In this document: one piece after another, positions 12,747 through 27,041 of the stretch
Layout: every line of letters begins with the position of its first letter
Numbering within the stretch: position 1 is the first letter of the stretch
Origin: Chiloscyllium plagiosum
Lineage: Eukaryota
DNA: 64,000 nt
Direction: 5' to 3'
Assembly (NCBI RefSeq): GCF_004010195.1
Contig: NC_057751.1
Coordinates: forward strand, 10,348,589-10,412,588
Position numbers and translations under genes: made by a program
The notes under the pieces: model-generated
The model's input: the letters and a program-made list of their open reading frames with translations, nothing else
What the model was told of the DNA's origin: nothing
The model's database searches: none

Positions 12747-15700
12747 CCTGAATGTCAGGGGTTAATTTATAACCTGTCTATCATAACATTTCAAAAGATT
12801 ACTTCCCACAGTACCAGCAGAAGTCACCAAAGGTCAAGATGCCATCTCTTAAAACTTGTACTGTAACAAACCAACTAAAATCAAATTATTCAAATGTTGA
12901 TTAGCAGACATATCATATTATGTCTGGTTGCTCTGACCATAACAGGGGCCTTGCCTAATATGAGTTCAGCTTTCTGTCCATTTTTACTGTATGATATGTG
13001 AATCTCTTTGCAAAAGATATCCTTTCTGTTTGCATCAACTATATCTTCTTTTCTGCAAACAGTTATTTGTCTTTTTAATTTCTGAGACCAGTTGCAATTC
13101 TGGAGCCAGTTTGCTGTCTATTTTGCCTTTGTTTTAGTTCCAAATCAAATGAACACTTCACAGATATGAAAAGACTCATTGCCAGAAGTATCTTCGTTTC
13201 ACTTTAGACTTAAAAAGGCATCTCCCAAAAAGAAAATAGAGGCTTTTACCAAAAGCACAAATGCCAACATCAATTCTTGACATTAAGGCAACACTTAGCT
13301 GAATTTGGTGTAAGGAATCCTTGAAAATTTGAAGTCAGTAAGAATGAGGAGGGAAACTTTACACTCGATAATGCCATACCGAACACAAAATTAACAACTG
13401 GGATTGCATTGTGTTCAGTGCCATTTCCAGTCCTCAAACAATGAAGTGGTCTGTTGTGGCATGCAACAAAATCGTGGCAATGTTCAGGCTTGGGATAGTA
13501 GTGACAACTCATAGTCACATAATCTCGGTTGTGGACGATGATTGTCTTTTCACTATCTGTATGGCAGAAGTCAGAAATGTGATAAAGTACTGTCCATTTG
13601 CCTGATTGAGTTTTTCAACAAAGCTCAAGAAACTCAACGCCATTCAGGATCAAACAATCTCATTAACCACCTGAAATATTCACTCTCTCCACCATTAGTG
13701 TCCTGTAGCTGCAGTGGAACACTATAGCATCCTCCCAAGACCTCTTCCATCATTTGCCCGAAACTTGCAAACTGTGCTGCTTAGTGATTTGAGGGAGGTA
13801 GCCACCTTGGAACACCGGCACCTATGAACACCATCACCTGCAAGTACACCTCCAAATCACCCATCATTCTGGCATGGAAATATATTTGTGTTACTTCAAC
13901 CCACCAAAAGGTCCCAACATTCCTTGATATCACCAGACTTTTAAACCAATTTGTACATCTACGCCTTCCTTGATAACTTTTTCCAAAACTGATTTATTTT
14001 TTGGTTAACAAAGATCTTCCTGACTTTCATTCTGACTCCTACTTTCTTCATTTCTTAAAAGTTGTGTTTGTTGAATAATCATGAAAAAACATGCTCAATG
14101 ATATAAACTTGCAAAATCAGCATGAAATAGATGTTCATGCCAATTAAAATCTAAGTTGCTTTGCTGTGCCATTGTGCATCTTCTGTCGCAGAACCAATAA
14201 CCTGCTTTTTAAGCGTGAAGCACTTTTCAGATGAAATCCATATTCATTTATGGAAATGTACCTCTTTTTGCAACTCAAGGGAATGCTTTTGTATCAGAGA
14301 TATTTTTGAAAAAGATTTTGTAACTGAAGCTAAAATAAAAATTTGTCACAATCACAGAACTACATTGTGGAAGCATTTGCTCACGCTGAGCTACTTCATA
14401 AGTGATATAATCACGATTTATTCTTTTGTATTGATGCAACACATAATTTACTGAAAAAAGTACATTTTATCAGTGGTGAAGATATTAAATAGGAATGTTG
14501 TGTGTGATCTTACAAATTTGACTTTAATGCAAACCATCACAGCTACGGTACAGAGGAATTCACTGGCACTGGTTAAGAATGGGAGTTGAACTGATCAGAG
14601 AATTTGTTAATCTCAGTCTTGCTGTATCAAGAGCAAAATAATTAAACCAAATGAAAGTTGGATTTCCAAAGACTTGTTTAGTTATATCTTTTGCAAGTAA
14701 AGCCACACACACTTGAGAACCAAATTTCAAGCCTTCATCTGTCCTTAATTCACTGATTTAGTTGGGTTTGAATGAATATGCTATTGTTGGCCTCAGCATC
14801 CCTCAGAGTAAACAGTGAAAAATAATAATCTCGGGTTCTTCAAATTTGTTGTGTATTATGTTTTGCTGTTGAAAAGAAAATAGGTTTGATTTTGGAGAGC
14901 CACAGGATTATCCTGGTGTATGACACTCCTCTTAGCGGAGTAACCTAAAATTATTCATGGGAAACCCAACACTGAAGGGCAGCTAGCACATGTGAACTCA
15001 CCTCAGGAACAGGCACTACATTCAGGGAAGGAATAAGGGTTGAAATGTGCAAACAGAAAAGTTTAAATATTTATAATATCATCTGGTATAATCCAATTAG
15101 GTTCAAAAAACCATGAAAAGTGTCAATAAATTATGAGAGTAAATGATGCCTGTCGTACTGATTCTGTGAAGCATATGGTTGTTTGATGAAACAGTTTGCA
15201 ATCTTCCTGAGATAGTAATGTTGGCTATAGAACCGAAGGACTGCAGATGTTAGTCTTGCTGAAAAACAGGAGAAGGATAACCAGAGCACTCCAGGACATG
15301 TAGTTTCCCCTCAATGGAGAGATTACCTTCAAAGAAACAAGAATCTGTGCAATGATTAACAACCACTGGCCAAGCACGGACTGATCAAAAAAATGTCAAC
15401 ACAGATTGAGAGCAAATCATGCCAAACTAACTTGATTGAGCTTTTTAAAAAAGATAGGAGAAAGTGGATTCAAGTTATGCAGTGATATAGCCTGTACGAA
15501 CTTTTAAAACAGAATTCAGAAAATACCACGTCTTAAAACTTGTAAGCAGAATTGAAAAACCTTGAAAAGCAAAGTTAGCAAAAATATAGAAACAAAGGGT
15601 GGAATTTTCCCAGTCTCTGAATGACAAGGATAATTAGTGAGGCATTTGGAAAAATAAGGTGACATCTCTGCGGCCAAGGAGAAAAAGATGCTTTTCTGAC

Positions 15701-17464
15701 AAAGTGAGAATTCGACCAGAGAGCAGTGATAGGTCTACATCCTCCATTGGCATGCATTAATGTGCCATATTTACTTCATCTCATTACATTGATATGTAGT
15801 TCCCAATTGTCCCACCTGTTGGATAGAAACAAAACAGTAACTGCAGTGATTGAAATGAGGTCATCCAGTAGGATCTCATGTTCCCTGATTGGACCAGATT
15901 CACAGACCCAATCAGGAAGAACTGGCTGATATAAAAGAATGAATGTCAGGGATACTGGGTTGCTGAATGCCTGACTCACTGAGAGTCAGTGCTTTTTTCA
16001 AAGGCTATGCATTTGTAAATAAAGAGTGATTGGTGATGAGATCCCAGCTTCTGAAGATTACTTCAGTGATAATTTCCAGAATGAAAGTCAGAGTACCTGG
16101 CCATAGCATCTCACTGCCTGTAGCATCAGTCTGTATCTTGGATAGGCATCACCAGCATCTCAGGATGGACTCCTTTTCCACTGATCCAATCACCCCTCTT
16201 CCTTTTCACATGGATTGCCAATGAAGGAAGTAGGCTTATCGCTGTTCTCTGGTCGAATTCTCACCTTATTGTTCAAAACTTGGTCAAAGAAGCAGATTTT
16301 TCTCCTTGACGCAGAGATGTACCACCCTTGCATCATCAACCTACTTACTATTCAGTTCTGCAGCTCAGAGCTGCATTTTGGAGCACACCAGCACCTTTCG
16401 TTGCAGCCAGAAAACTTTGAAACTCCAGGAGAAGCTCTCACCTTGTGGATTGGACTAGAGTACATCTCAGAGCTGTTCATGTGTTTCTCATCTGTTTTCT
16501 TTGTGCACCACCTTGCACCTACTTTTCCATGCCTTGCCTTTTTGCTCTTTGCTCAATAATCAGAGTAAGACGGCCCATAGACCTTTTGTCTTGCCTTGCC
16601 TTTTAGCTACATATACAAAGCCAGGAAATTTGCAGTTGTCAGCAGTGAGGTGTGCATGTTGCTTTACATGATATTGCACCATGCTACATCAATCTCACAC
16701 CTCCAACGTGTACCAGCAAAAACACCCAGCAATCATACTGCATGAACCGTCAACTAAATGGTCATGCTTCAAAGTCAAGCAGGACGAGTACAACAAGGCA
16801 AGGACAGCATCCAATATCAGTTCAGGGGCTTAGGCATGGTCAGTTGCTCCCCTGATGGGATGAGGATCAGAAGGTTAATATCACGACTGTCCAGGCAGTA
16901 AGCTACGGTCAGTCTTGCTGGTCTGGTGCAATTAATCTGTGGATTTGAGGTGTTCAGTTATGGAGCTGCATAGATCAGAGTCTGGTGAGTCATCATTTGG
17001 GGTAAGTCTGTCCAAATCTGCCTATGGCTATGCTACTGTCATTCTGGGGGTCATCTCATTGAAGGTCAATGTGTTTGTCAGGGGCCATTGCTGTGGTAGA
17101 GACGTTGGGGACATTGATTCTGGGGATTGGAGGCTGCATGTTGGATCGCAGAAGGAAGAAAAGTTGTGAATGGGGAAACTCAACTTGCAATTGGGTGAGA
17201 TGATAATGCATTAGAGGACATTGGATACTGCAGAAGGGTGTGTGCTCATCAAATGGTCACAACTGTCTCTGTCTCAGTGAGGAGATAGTGCTGCATGATG
17301 ATTGGCATGATTAAATTTTAAGATCAGTTCTCAAAGGGTAATATTGGGAGATTAAATTGTAATTTCAACAGGAGTTTGAAAATATGTGAAGGTTAATTAT
17401 TGATGGCTTCAACAGAGGGTGCAAGAAAGAAAGGAACATGGAGGTCTGTAAGTCCTCCAGGTCC

Positions 17465-17690
17465 GAGGGCTGGTCACCTTCTGAAGGGCTACCCTCTGCA
17501 CCCATGGCTGATGACTCTTGTCACACAGTCCCTGACTCCAGCTAAACGTATGTGCAATGCAGTCATTCTTCAATCAGAGCTGTCTTCGAGCACAAGATAG
17601 GTCTGCTGTCAGTGTTTGGATTAGTCTGGGGTAGGTGCGTTGTAGTCTAGTTCCGTAAGACTATGTACATAATCCTATCACGTTGTACTC
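17465..17690 (+). mobile_element. PIF/Harbinger transposase (DDE_Tnp_4/HARBI1-like) relic
   Basis: KGYPLHPWLMTLVTQSLTPAKRMCN, then frameshifted EHKIGLL and CLD*SG.GAL. These match Harbinger GDKGYPLxxWLMTP...YN...IExxIGLLK.RFRCLDxSGGALQY. Confidence 0.7.
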
Positions 17691-20203
17691 TGCACAGCTG
17701 GAGCAGGCAAAGAGGAGACTGCTGAAGAACTGGAAGAGTGGCAGCAGTTTTCTGAGCAGGAAGATAAGTTTATTGAGCTGGAGGAGCATCAACTTCATCA
17801 TGATTGATTGCTGCATTGTCAAGTGCACCAAGCTAAGCAAGACTGATTTGATAGCTGGTTTCAAGACGTGAGCTGGGTGCAGTGATCGCTCGAAAGGCAA
17901 TGCAGCCTTTGTTTGTTAATCTTTTTCTTTACTGTTGTTGACTAAAAGTGAACATTTTCAATTGTTTGAAGGCTTTCCAGAATAGAATTGACCCATAATG
18001 AACAATGAGAAAATGTTCTGCTGCACTGGGCATTGATGAAAGAGTAGCACTCCCTTTGGCAGTGTTCTGAGGTGGGATAAAATGGATAATTGGTGACTTA
18101 TGCAGGTTATTTTTTAATTATCAATGGATTTGCAGATTTGTACTTGTATTTGTAATTAAGTGTCAATCATGCTACCAATGTGCTCTAAGAAGCATTTTGT
18201 TGGTTTCCTTCCCACAACATGCACAGTGAAGTACAAACTCTGGCTGGTACCACTTGACCTGGTGCATGGCTTGCTTTTTAAAAAGGCTCTTACAATGAAT
18301 ATCCCAGGAGGCTCTGGCAGTGACAAATACTTCTGCCTGTGGCAGTAGGGAAGATAAGAGGAGCATAGGGAATGAGGCAAGCTTTAGAGAACAGTGCGAG
18401 AATTCTTTCTTGGGCTTGCCAAGGAAACAACTCACAAAACAATCCAAAATTATACCACGTAGCCAATTCCTGTTAAAATGTAACCCAAAGTATTGTGATG
18501 AATGGCTTTCTTCTGGACTGGAATATGGTGGTGGTGGAGATCATCTCAATGGTTCAGAACGAGAATCAACGCTATTTTTAGATACATAAATGACTGACTC
18601 ACACACGAAATGAATCTTGTTATTATGGTCAACAGTGAGGAAGGTTGTGATAAATTTCAAGAAAATACAGACAACCTGGTGGAATAGGTACACATATGAC
18701 AGATGAAATGCAACGCAGGAAAGTGTGAGGTGATCCATTTTGATAGGAAGATTGAGAAGATGTAATGCACACTGAATAGTACAGTTTATGAATGGATGCA
18801 AGAAGAGGGAGAATTGGGAGTGTGATGCACAAATCTTTGAAGGTAGCAGCGCAAGTTAATAAATGAGTTTAAAAACATTTGGGGAACCTGGAACTGCATT
18901 AAATGGATGGAGAGGTGGCAGAGCAGGGAGGCACTGTTTGGTCAATACAAGACCTTTGACCAAAACCAAATCGACCCGACAATGATATTTTGCTGCAAAT
19001 GGCTTTAAAAGGTAAGTCGGGGATATGATGGGTAATGAGTCTTCTGCCATTCGGAGGAGGATATCCTGCCCATCAGAACTGCCAACCAATTGTATTGGGC
19101 ATTGCCAGGACTGCAGGCAGGACCATGAAGAAGATGGCCTTGGATCCTGGACTGAAATAAGTTTGAGTATTGAGCAGAAAGAGATTAGACATTTTGGGGA
19201 GTAGGAGTCAGGGAATGGGTTTTGCAATGCAGACAGGGTGGCAGGAAGTAGAGGAGTATGTTTTCTGAGGAGTATAGCCCCAGTAAGTTGCATTCATCAC
19301 CACCACCCTATCCCCACTCCATTTCAAAAGCATTTTTAAAGACTGGGTGCCACAGTCCTGCTTGTCTCTTCGTACCAGCCATGATGTGACATTGGCAGGG
19401 TAGTATTCAACTATGCGCATGAATGTCAAGTAGAATGAGCTATGAGATGGTTTGGAAGGAACTGGGTTCACCCCTTGACTTATTTTATGTGCCCTTAAGT
19501 CCAAAAGCATGCCCATCATGGGATGTGTAATATCCAGCTACTGGAGTTTATAAACAAAAACACTGAGAAAAATATACCAAAATGATATGAAACGCTAGTT
19601 CAGACCCATATTATATCCAGGTCTTGGCAGCATATAATTAGAGTTTCATGAAGGTTTTGGAGTAGATACAGATTTAAAACTTGACAACTGAATTAAATAT
19701 GGACAGCATCCAACATCCACCAGCGCTTGAGAACATAACTTGCAAACTCCTTCATTAAGAGTACTGTGCTGTATGAGTGCAAGAGCTGCTCCCTCAGTGA
19801 GGCTGTAAAAATAGATGGATGGCGAGGTTTTACTAGAATAGCTCCAGGGATGGGGGATTAAAGTTCCTTGTCGGGACTGAAGATGCTTGGATGTAGCACT
19901 TTGCTTCAGAACAGAGAATTTTAAGAGATATATGATAGATATTTGTAAAATCATGTTGGTTTGTGTTGAGTAAGAAAATGAAACAATTTCCAATCGCTGA
20001 AGGATTGAAAGTCATGTCATAGGTTTAAGATAATTGGCAAAAAGGCTATGACATAAAGAGAAACTTTTCACCAAGTGTGGCTTGGAACTGGAGTGTTTTT
20101 CCTCAGAATGTGGGAGCAGCAGATTCAGTTGTGACTTTCAGTCAGAAATTGGATGATTGCTTGCAAGAGAACAAAGATACAGGGGAATTCAGGAATGCTC
20201 CAC

Positions 20204-20835
20204 TGTGATGATGCTGCTCCTTTAACAAGGTTATGTTGTCCTTGGGTTTTTTTTCAGAGGAGTCATAAACACAGAGTTGCCAAGAGGTCCAGGTTTGAAA
20301 GACTTAAGGGCCTATTTGATTATAGATAACACGTACTGCCTCAGGAAAGAGGCTTTCAAATTTTAAAAAAATCACTGGCTCAATGTAAGAGGAGAGGCTA
20401 GTTCTCCCAGCTTAATTTTTCCCTGGTTTGATTTGGTTTTAGCGGGCAGTCAGTGGTGAATCTGCTGGATCCAAAGGAGCAGGTCCATGTTGATCTTCCC
20501 TCTCTCTGACATCTCTCCTCTAAGAACCTATGTTGGATTTTTCCTTTTTCTGCAAAAGTGTATTTATGGGGATTGTTGCAAGTATTTGGAACAGCGTCAT
20601 TAAGTTAGGATAGTCTGTTGGGTTTTCAGGTAAGTTATTTTGTATTCTGTTCTCTTTTATTTGTGTTTCAGTAGGTAATCTTGCAAATACATGCTGTTTT
20701 GTTTAAAATTAAGTGGTTGGGCTGACTGCATCACTTCCGAAATATTCACTTACACCTCCTTAAAACAATTAGTAAAGTTAGGATCCGGGCTACTTTCTTG
20801 AAATGTTTTGAGGGGGTCTGGCCTGGTCCACAACA
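20204..20835 (+). mobile_element. Solo-LTR-like element (about 630 bp)
   Basis: TGTGATG...CACAACA termini with flanks ccac/ccat (4-bp TSD, one mismatch). The 3' end resembles that of 35001-35626. Confidence 0.6.
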
Positions 20836-22574
20836 CCATGGAGAAGCACCAACACATCTCTGAAAGAGTCAGCACAGGTCATCTTTTTCTGCATTGCATT
20901 TTCTATCATTCTTTTATAGGATGTGGGTGCACTGGTAAGGGCAGCATTTGTTGCCATCCCAAATTGCCCTTGAATTGAGGAGCTTAGTCAGTCATTTCAA
21001 AGAGTAGTTGAGAGTCAATCACTTTGCTGTGAATCTGGATACACATGTACACCAGACTGGGCGAGGTTTCATTTCCAATGGGACACTCATGAACGAGATG
21101 GTCTTTACAACAATTGCTGATAGTTTTGTGATCATCATGATCCAGACTTGCTTAAGGGTCCACACTTAGTGATTTCAGTTTAAATCCTGTAAGCGACCAT
21201 GGTGAGATTTGAGCCCATGTTCCCAGAGTATTAGCCTGCACTTCAAATTATTGGTCTCATGACATTATCACTGTGACACCATCACCCTCTGTTTTGTAAA
21301 GTCACATTCCCCAATTAATTTGTCTGAGATCTGTTGATTGATAGCAAGTTTGGTTTTGTGACAAGAATATTGTACATTATCTGTTGTTGCTATTCATGAA
21401 GGTGGCAGTGATTTTTTGGAGAGAATGCTATCACTGCTGTGTGTACCCTGCTATTAATAATCAGTTTCTTTCGAGGGCCTGTAAGGATACACTGCATGAA
21501 TGACCAAGTGAAAAAAAATTGCATTTGAACAGAAAAAACTGAGAACACGTAATTTATTTACAGTGGTGCTCCGTGCTCTATTGCTCGTTACTTAAAACCA
21601 AAAAATGATTCCTGTGAATTCTTAAAAGTTGTCTAATGCCTCAGTAGATTTCATTTTTCACTTCACTTGTGCCTAATGCATAGTATTCTTGTGTAATGGA
21701 GCTTTAGTAGAAATTTGGAGTGATAAATTGATCTCATTGACATTCATTTTGCAACAAGGCCAACCTTATTATGAAGTTGAGAGATGCTTGGGATCAGGAT
21801 GGAAGAGAGAATCTCATACTTGACATCCAAGCCCAGGTGAGCCAGTAAATATGGCTGTGCTGCCTGGTGCAAGATTAAGGCTGTTTTAAAATCCCAGTAC
21901 AAAGTTCACCTGCAAGGATGGAGATTACTTTCAGCAAGTTTCCATCAGTTGTCCCACGTCTTGTGTGGCCAAGCTAATGGATGCTGAAGAAGGCACCAGT
22001 GCCTGTCAAAAAAGGTGCAAACTTCTTTCTAAATTATGCTTTTAAGAAAGTGGAGTAATTGCCCTTCTCGTTCACCACAGCAGTAGTTTAGGATGCTAAG
22101 TGTTTTTGTTCTTCTGGTGCTTCGTTCTTGCAACTAATGTACAACCAGCAAAACATCTAGAAACCCAGAAAATACCACCCAGGAATCTTGTTCCTGTTTC
22201 TCAGTGTAGCTACGTGTTCAGAGGGAGAGAGGCATTTATAGCTCTCATACTCTGCGTTGTTGGTTCGAAGAACTGTCTTGGTTCTTCCTGAAACAATTAT
22301 CACTTTGGCTACTTGCCAGTGGCTGCTATAAATAAAACAACAATCATGGATGCTTGAGGTTTGAGACAAAAACAGACATTGCTGGTGAAACATAGCAGGT
22401 CTGGCAGCAACTGTGGGAAGCAAGCAGGGTTAACGTTTCAAGTCTGGGGTCTCATCATCAGAAGAGGTGGCCGCTGTTAACTGTGGAACCAAATTGCAAT
22501 AACAATCAATATCCCAGGAAAGGAAAGCTTTTGAGAATTTGGAGTAATAGCTTCAAAAAAGCAATGATTCACTT

Positions 22575-22835
22575 AAGCTTAAGGTGAGACGGGAAAGATT
22601 TAAAAGGGACCTCAGGGGCAACTTTTTCACACAGAGGGTGGAGCATGTATGGAATGAGATGCCAGAGAAAGTGGTGGAACATTTAAAAAAACATCTGTTT
22701 GGGTATATGAATTGGACGGATTTGGAAGGATATGGGCCAAGTGCTGGCAAATGGGACCAGATTGGTTTTTGGATATCTGGTCAGCATGGACAAGTTGAAC
22801 CAAAGCTGTTTCCATGCTGTACATTTCTATGACTG
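22575..22835 (+). mobile_element. CR1/HER1-like LINE 3' fragment
   Basis: ORF 22584..22832 RDLRGNFFTQRVEHVWNEMPEKVV. Confidence 0.85.
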
Positions 22836-23099
22836 TTCATAATTTTTCCTGTTTAATGGGTGCACAGTGTACACTGAAAACTACTGAACGCAAAACTCCA
22901 TTCCTTTGTCTGAATATAAATGGGTATTGCCTTCCTTATTTGTTGGAAATGTTAGCAGATTATATATGGTGTTTGGTGCTTGCATTGCTGTCAACCTGGG
23001 GCAGGAGACATCTTTCTCAACCCGGTTTGCAGATCATTTCTTCATTCTTAAAATTATTTGTTAATTACTGGTCTTCAAAGTGATTCAGCAGGCAGTGTA

Positions 23100-23490
23100 G
23101 GAGAATCATTGAGATGTACAGCATGGAAACAGATCCTTTGGTCCAACTCGTGCATGCCTACCAGTTATCCTAAATTAATCTAGTCCCATTTGACGGCACA
23201 TTGCACATATCTCTCTCGACTCTTCCTATTCATATACCCATCCAGATGCCTTTTAAATGTTGTAATTGTGTCTGCCTCCACCACTTCCTCTGGCAGCTCA
23301 TTCTACATACGCACCACTCTGCGTGAAAAAGTTGCCTGTTAGGTCCCTTTTAAACCTTTCTCCTCTCACCTTAAATCTATGCCTTCTAGTTCTGGACTCC
23401 CCCACACAGAGAAAATTCCTTGTCTATTTACCCGATCCATGCCCCTCATGATTTTATAAACCTCTATAAGGTTACAACTCAACCTCCAAC
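23100..23490 (-). mobile_element. CR1/HER1-like LINE 3' fragment
   Basis: Homologous to 9315-9797. Confidence 0.85.
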
Positions 23491-26014
23491 TCTCAGATCT
23501 CTGCTATTGTTCTGGATGTTATTGTTCAAGACTGTTGAGTGTTTTTTGAAGTAGCCCATTTCCCTTTTAAATCAGTAATGTTCTGGCTATGAAGTCAGAT
23601 ATGCTGGCAATTGTGAGACTGTGACTTGGATGATTGCACGTCAGTATGCATTCCTGACACTTCAGTAGGTTGGTATTATTATTCAATACTCATTGTATTG
23701 TCACAGGAGTTAGAAAGAACTTGAACTGTACAGTGATATCTCTGCGTCACACTAGACATTTCACAGCTGACCGATTACTTTTGAGGTGTGATTGCTTTCT
23801 ATTGTTTTATAACTGGAAGGTCCAAGGTGATATGTACTTCCCTGTGATGTAAGCTGTATGTAAAGCTCTGGGCCTGATCACTGTTGACACTGCCACCCAT
23901 GATTACCTCAATACCCCACTTCCTGATATGACCATGGTCAGCGGGGCAGACTGGAGGACTAAAACCCAGTAGAATTTCTCAGAAAAGAGAGGATTAGAGG
24001 ACAAAGCACTCAAGATCACACCTGGAAATCAAAGTTATAAAGTAAAAGGGATCTAACGATAGATTACTATTGCTAGAACCATGGAGCTTTGAGGTGGAAT
24101 GGCAATTGTTTAGTCCATAAAACTCTCAGACAATGAGATATTGAGCAGTATGATACACGGTTTCTGCTTTGTGTAGTATCAATTGATCTGCTAGTTGCCA
24201 AAGGATCCCTGGGCAAAGTAGAAAATATAGCTGTTGTTCTTGCTCCCAATCCTGTCCAGTGACCCCAGCCAGGAGATATACAGTGAATATTTTATGAGAA
24301 CAGGATTGGATATAACTACTGTAGATGTTTTGTCTTGCAGAATATGATCTGTTGAACTCAACATCTCATTCCAAAGATGAATGACCAGTTCAGGGCCAAC
24401 TGGTACATGAAGAACTATAGCATGTAATGTTTAACTCTTTCTTTCAGGTGAGCCAGAGAGAAAATAGAAGAGGGAAAACACGTGCACATGATAAGGGGAG
24501 GGCTCTGCAGGCCTTTTTAAATGAGGTAAGTGTGACTCAGTGTTCTGTTGTGTGTGTCTGCAAACTGCATCGCTGTTTATTTGTAGCTGCTGAAAAAGGA
24601 CAGAATGTATACTGCAGCTAGCTGAGAGGATTATATCTGCCTGTTAAGACATGAGGGTACATGGATCTTCTCTTGTACGGGACACACATAGGGACAGACT
24701 TATTGTTTATCAGGTGCATATTTCGAGTGTACTTTACCTGCAGTTGCCCAGTTATTCAGCTAACCTACTGTCCCAAGAATTGAAGAATGTTCACATTTTC
24801 AATGTTGACTCAATGCAATGAGAGAGCACTGACAAAACAAAACAAAAACTCCAGATAAGTTAATACCTTAATGTTTATTTCTCTTCCTTGTTCAATGGAC
24901 AATATCTCAACATGAGAATGAGTTACATGTAAAACAAAAATTTCTGTATTCTCCTAATGCCACAGCAGGACCACTAGTGATAAGCAATTGTCCCTGACCC
25001 ATACGGAACTGAGGCTTCAGTAGAACTCATTGTGCTGAATTGACTAATCTCACTCCGACTAGGTTTTAGCACGCTAGAAAGCACCTTTAATTAATGGCAT
25101 GATGTACTGCCTTTCCTTTGCACTAATCAATGATGGAAGCAATTGTGAGTGAAAACCAATGAGGACTGAACTGTGACTCCACTGCAGTGCCCTCTGTAAT
25201 CTTATAATTTCCTGACACACACACCCAAGAATGGTTGTTTGGACGAAGAATTTCAGTTGAGGAATCCGAGAATAGTCAATGCACTTGAAAGAGAGAGAGA
25301 GAAACAAAGAAAGAAAAGATAAAACTTCATAAAATGATGCTTCTCGTGCCTTGCTTTCATTTTCACTTTCTCTAAATGTGACATTTCAAGCACAATCAGT
25401 AATTCCCAACTTAACCTAAATGATTTGCTTGCTACTTATAACATTGTCTTATATGTTAGAGGCCACTTAAACTCAATGCAAGATATTGCAGGAATATTAC
25501 TGCTCTCCCATCTTGTTGCTTTTGCTTTTTAGAAATCCAATCATCAGCTATATTTTTGCATTCCATAATATGAATGAGCTCTTCTCCTTGCAAAACGGCA
25601 GGCAATCGAGAACAGCTTCCGAGGATAATTTTTAAAAAGTAACATTTGGAAGGCTGTAATGGGCCGAATCATATTGCTTTTCAGTGACCCAACTCAGAGG
25701 TGAATGGTTTGACTACCTCTCTTTGCTGCAAAATTCTTGAATTTTATCCTGAGATGACTACAGAAGGAAATCTATTTAGACGTATGCAACAAATTGCACC
25801 AAAACTGGTGTGAATAAAAGAATGTATGATTATGGGTTGGGGAGGGATAAAAGTCCTGCTGTTTAATATACTGGTTAATATCTGCAGACAAATATCTATC
25901 TGCTAGTTTATTGATCATTAACCAAGAAAACACACACAGGACATTTCTTATCCTTGTGCTGAACATATCTGACATCAGGCAGCATTTAATACTGTGAATT
26001 CATAATTTATGCTT

Positions 26015-26330
26015 AAAAATGTGTTGCTGGAAAAGCGCAGCAGGTCAGGCAGCATCCAAGGAGCAGGAGAATCGACGTTTCGGGCATAAGCCCTTCTTCA
26101 GGAATGAGGAGGGTGTATCCAGCAGGCTAAGATAAAAGGTAGGGAGGAGGGACTTGGGGGAGGGGCGTTGGAAATGCGATAGGTGGAAGGAGGTCAAGGT
26201 GAGGGTGATAGGCCGGAGTGGGGTGGGGGCGGAGAGGTCAGGAAGAAGATTGCAGTTTAGGAAGGTGGTGCTGAGTTCGAGGGTTGGGACTGAGACAAGG
26301 TGGGGGCAGAGGAAATGAGGAAACTGGAGA
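26015..26330 (-). mobile_element. Young PLE 3' fragment downstream of ADRA2B
   Basis: PLE terminus plus purine-rich 3' UTR with CpGs intact. Hammerhead-like motif at 26069-26106. Confidence 0.8.
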
Positions 26331-27041
26331 TTCTCGAATAAATGTGACAGACTGTGATTTAAAACAACCGCCTGCTTAATAAGATTTTCTCCACCATGAT
26401 TACACGGCCCGGAGTTTGAAATGTCATCGCATACCTCGAGTATGAAAGCAACTTTCTGACGCTTCGAAATCGCTTCAATTTAAAATATTTTAAAAAGTAA
26501 TGTGTATAAGACTGGTGTCTATGTCTTTACCCCCACTGAACACACTGTTCAGTATTCTATATGAATTACTTAGTTAAAACTGACTGAAATGATTTGCAAT
26601 GAGTCCTGGCGTTAGAAGTCGGACTGTAACAAATAAGTGGTCTTAAATCAAAATCGCAGGTCTCTGCACTTTACCACATGTCGGCAGCATCTTTACAAAG
26701 GGTATAGATATTTAACAAGGCGCGAAAAATCTAAGAGAAAAGACGGGTTTCCAGCGGCCATTGAATAGCTAATGGCGAAAAAGCATTTTCTCTTTGTACC
26801 GATCTGAAAAAGCGAGAGCGAGCCGAATTTCCGAAGTGAACCACACTCTAATTGTACAAGGGGTTGGTTCTCCTGAGAACCGACAGGACTTGACGTTCCC
26901 CATTGATCTTGTTCCAGACTTGATACTGAACCAAACACAACCATTTCATTTTGGAGCATTTCCTTTCAACAGCAGCCCATTTGTTTCCTTGTTTCAATAC
27001 AGCATCAGGCCGTGATGAGACATTGGTACAGTCACATGCCA

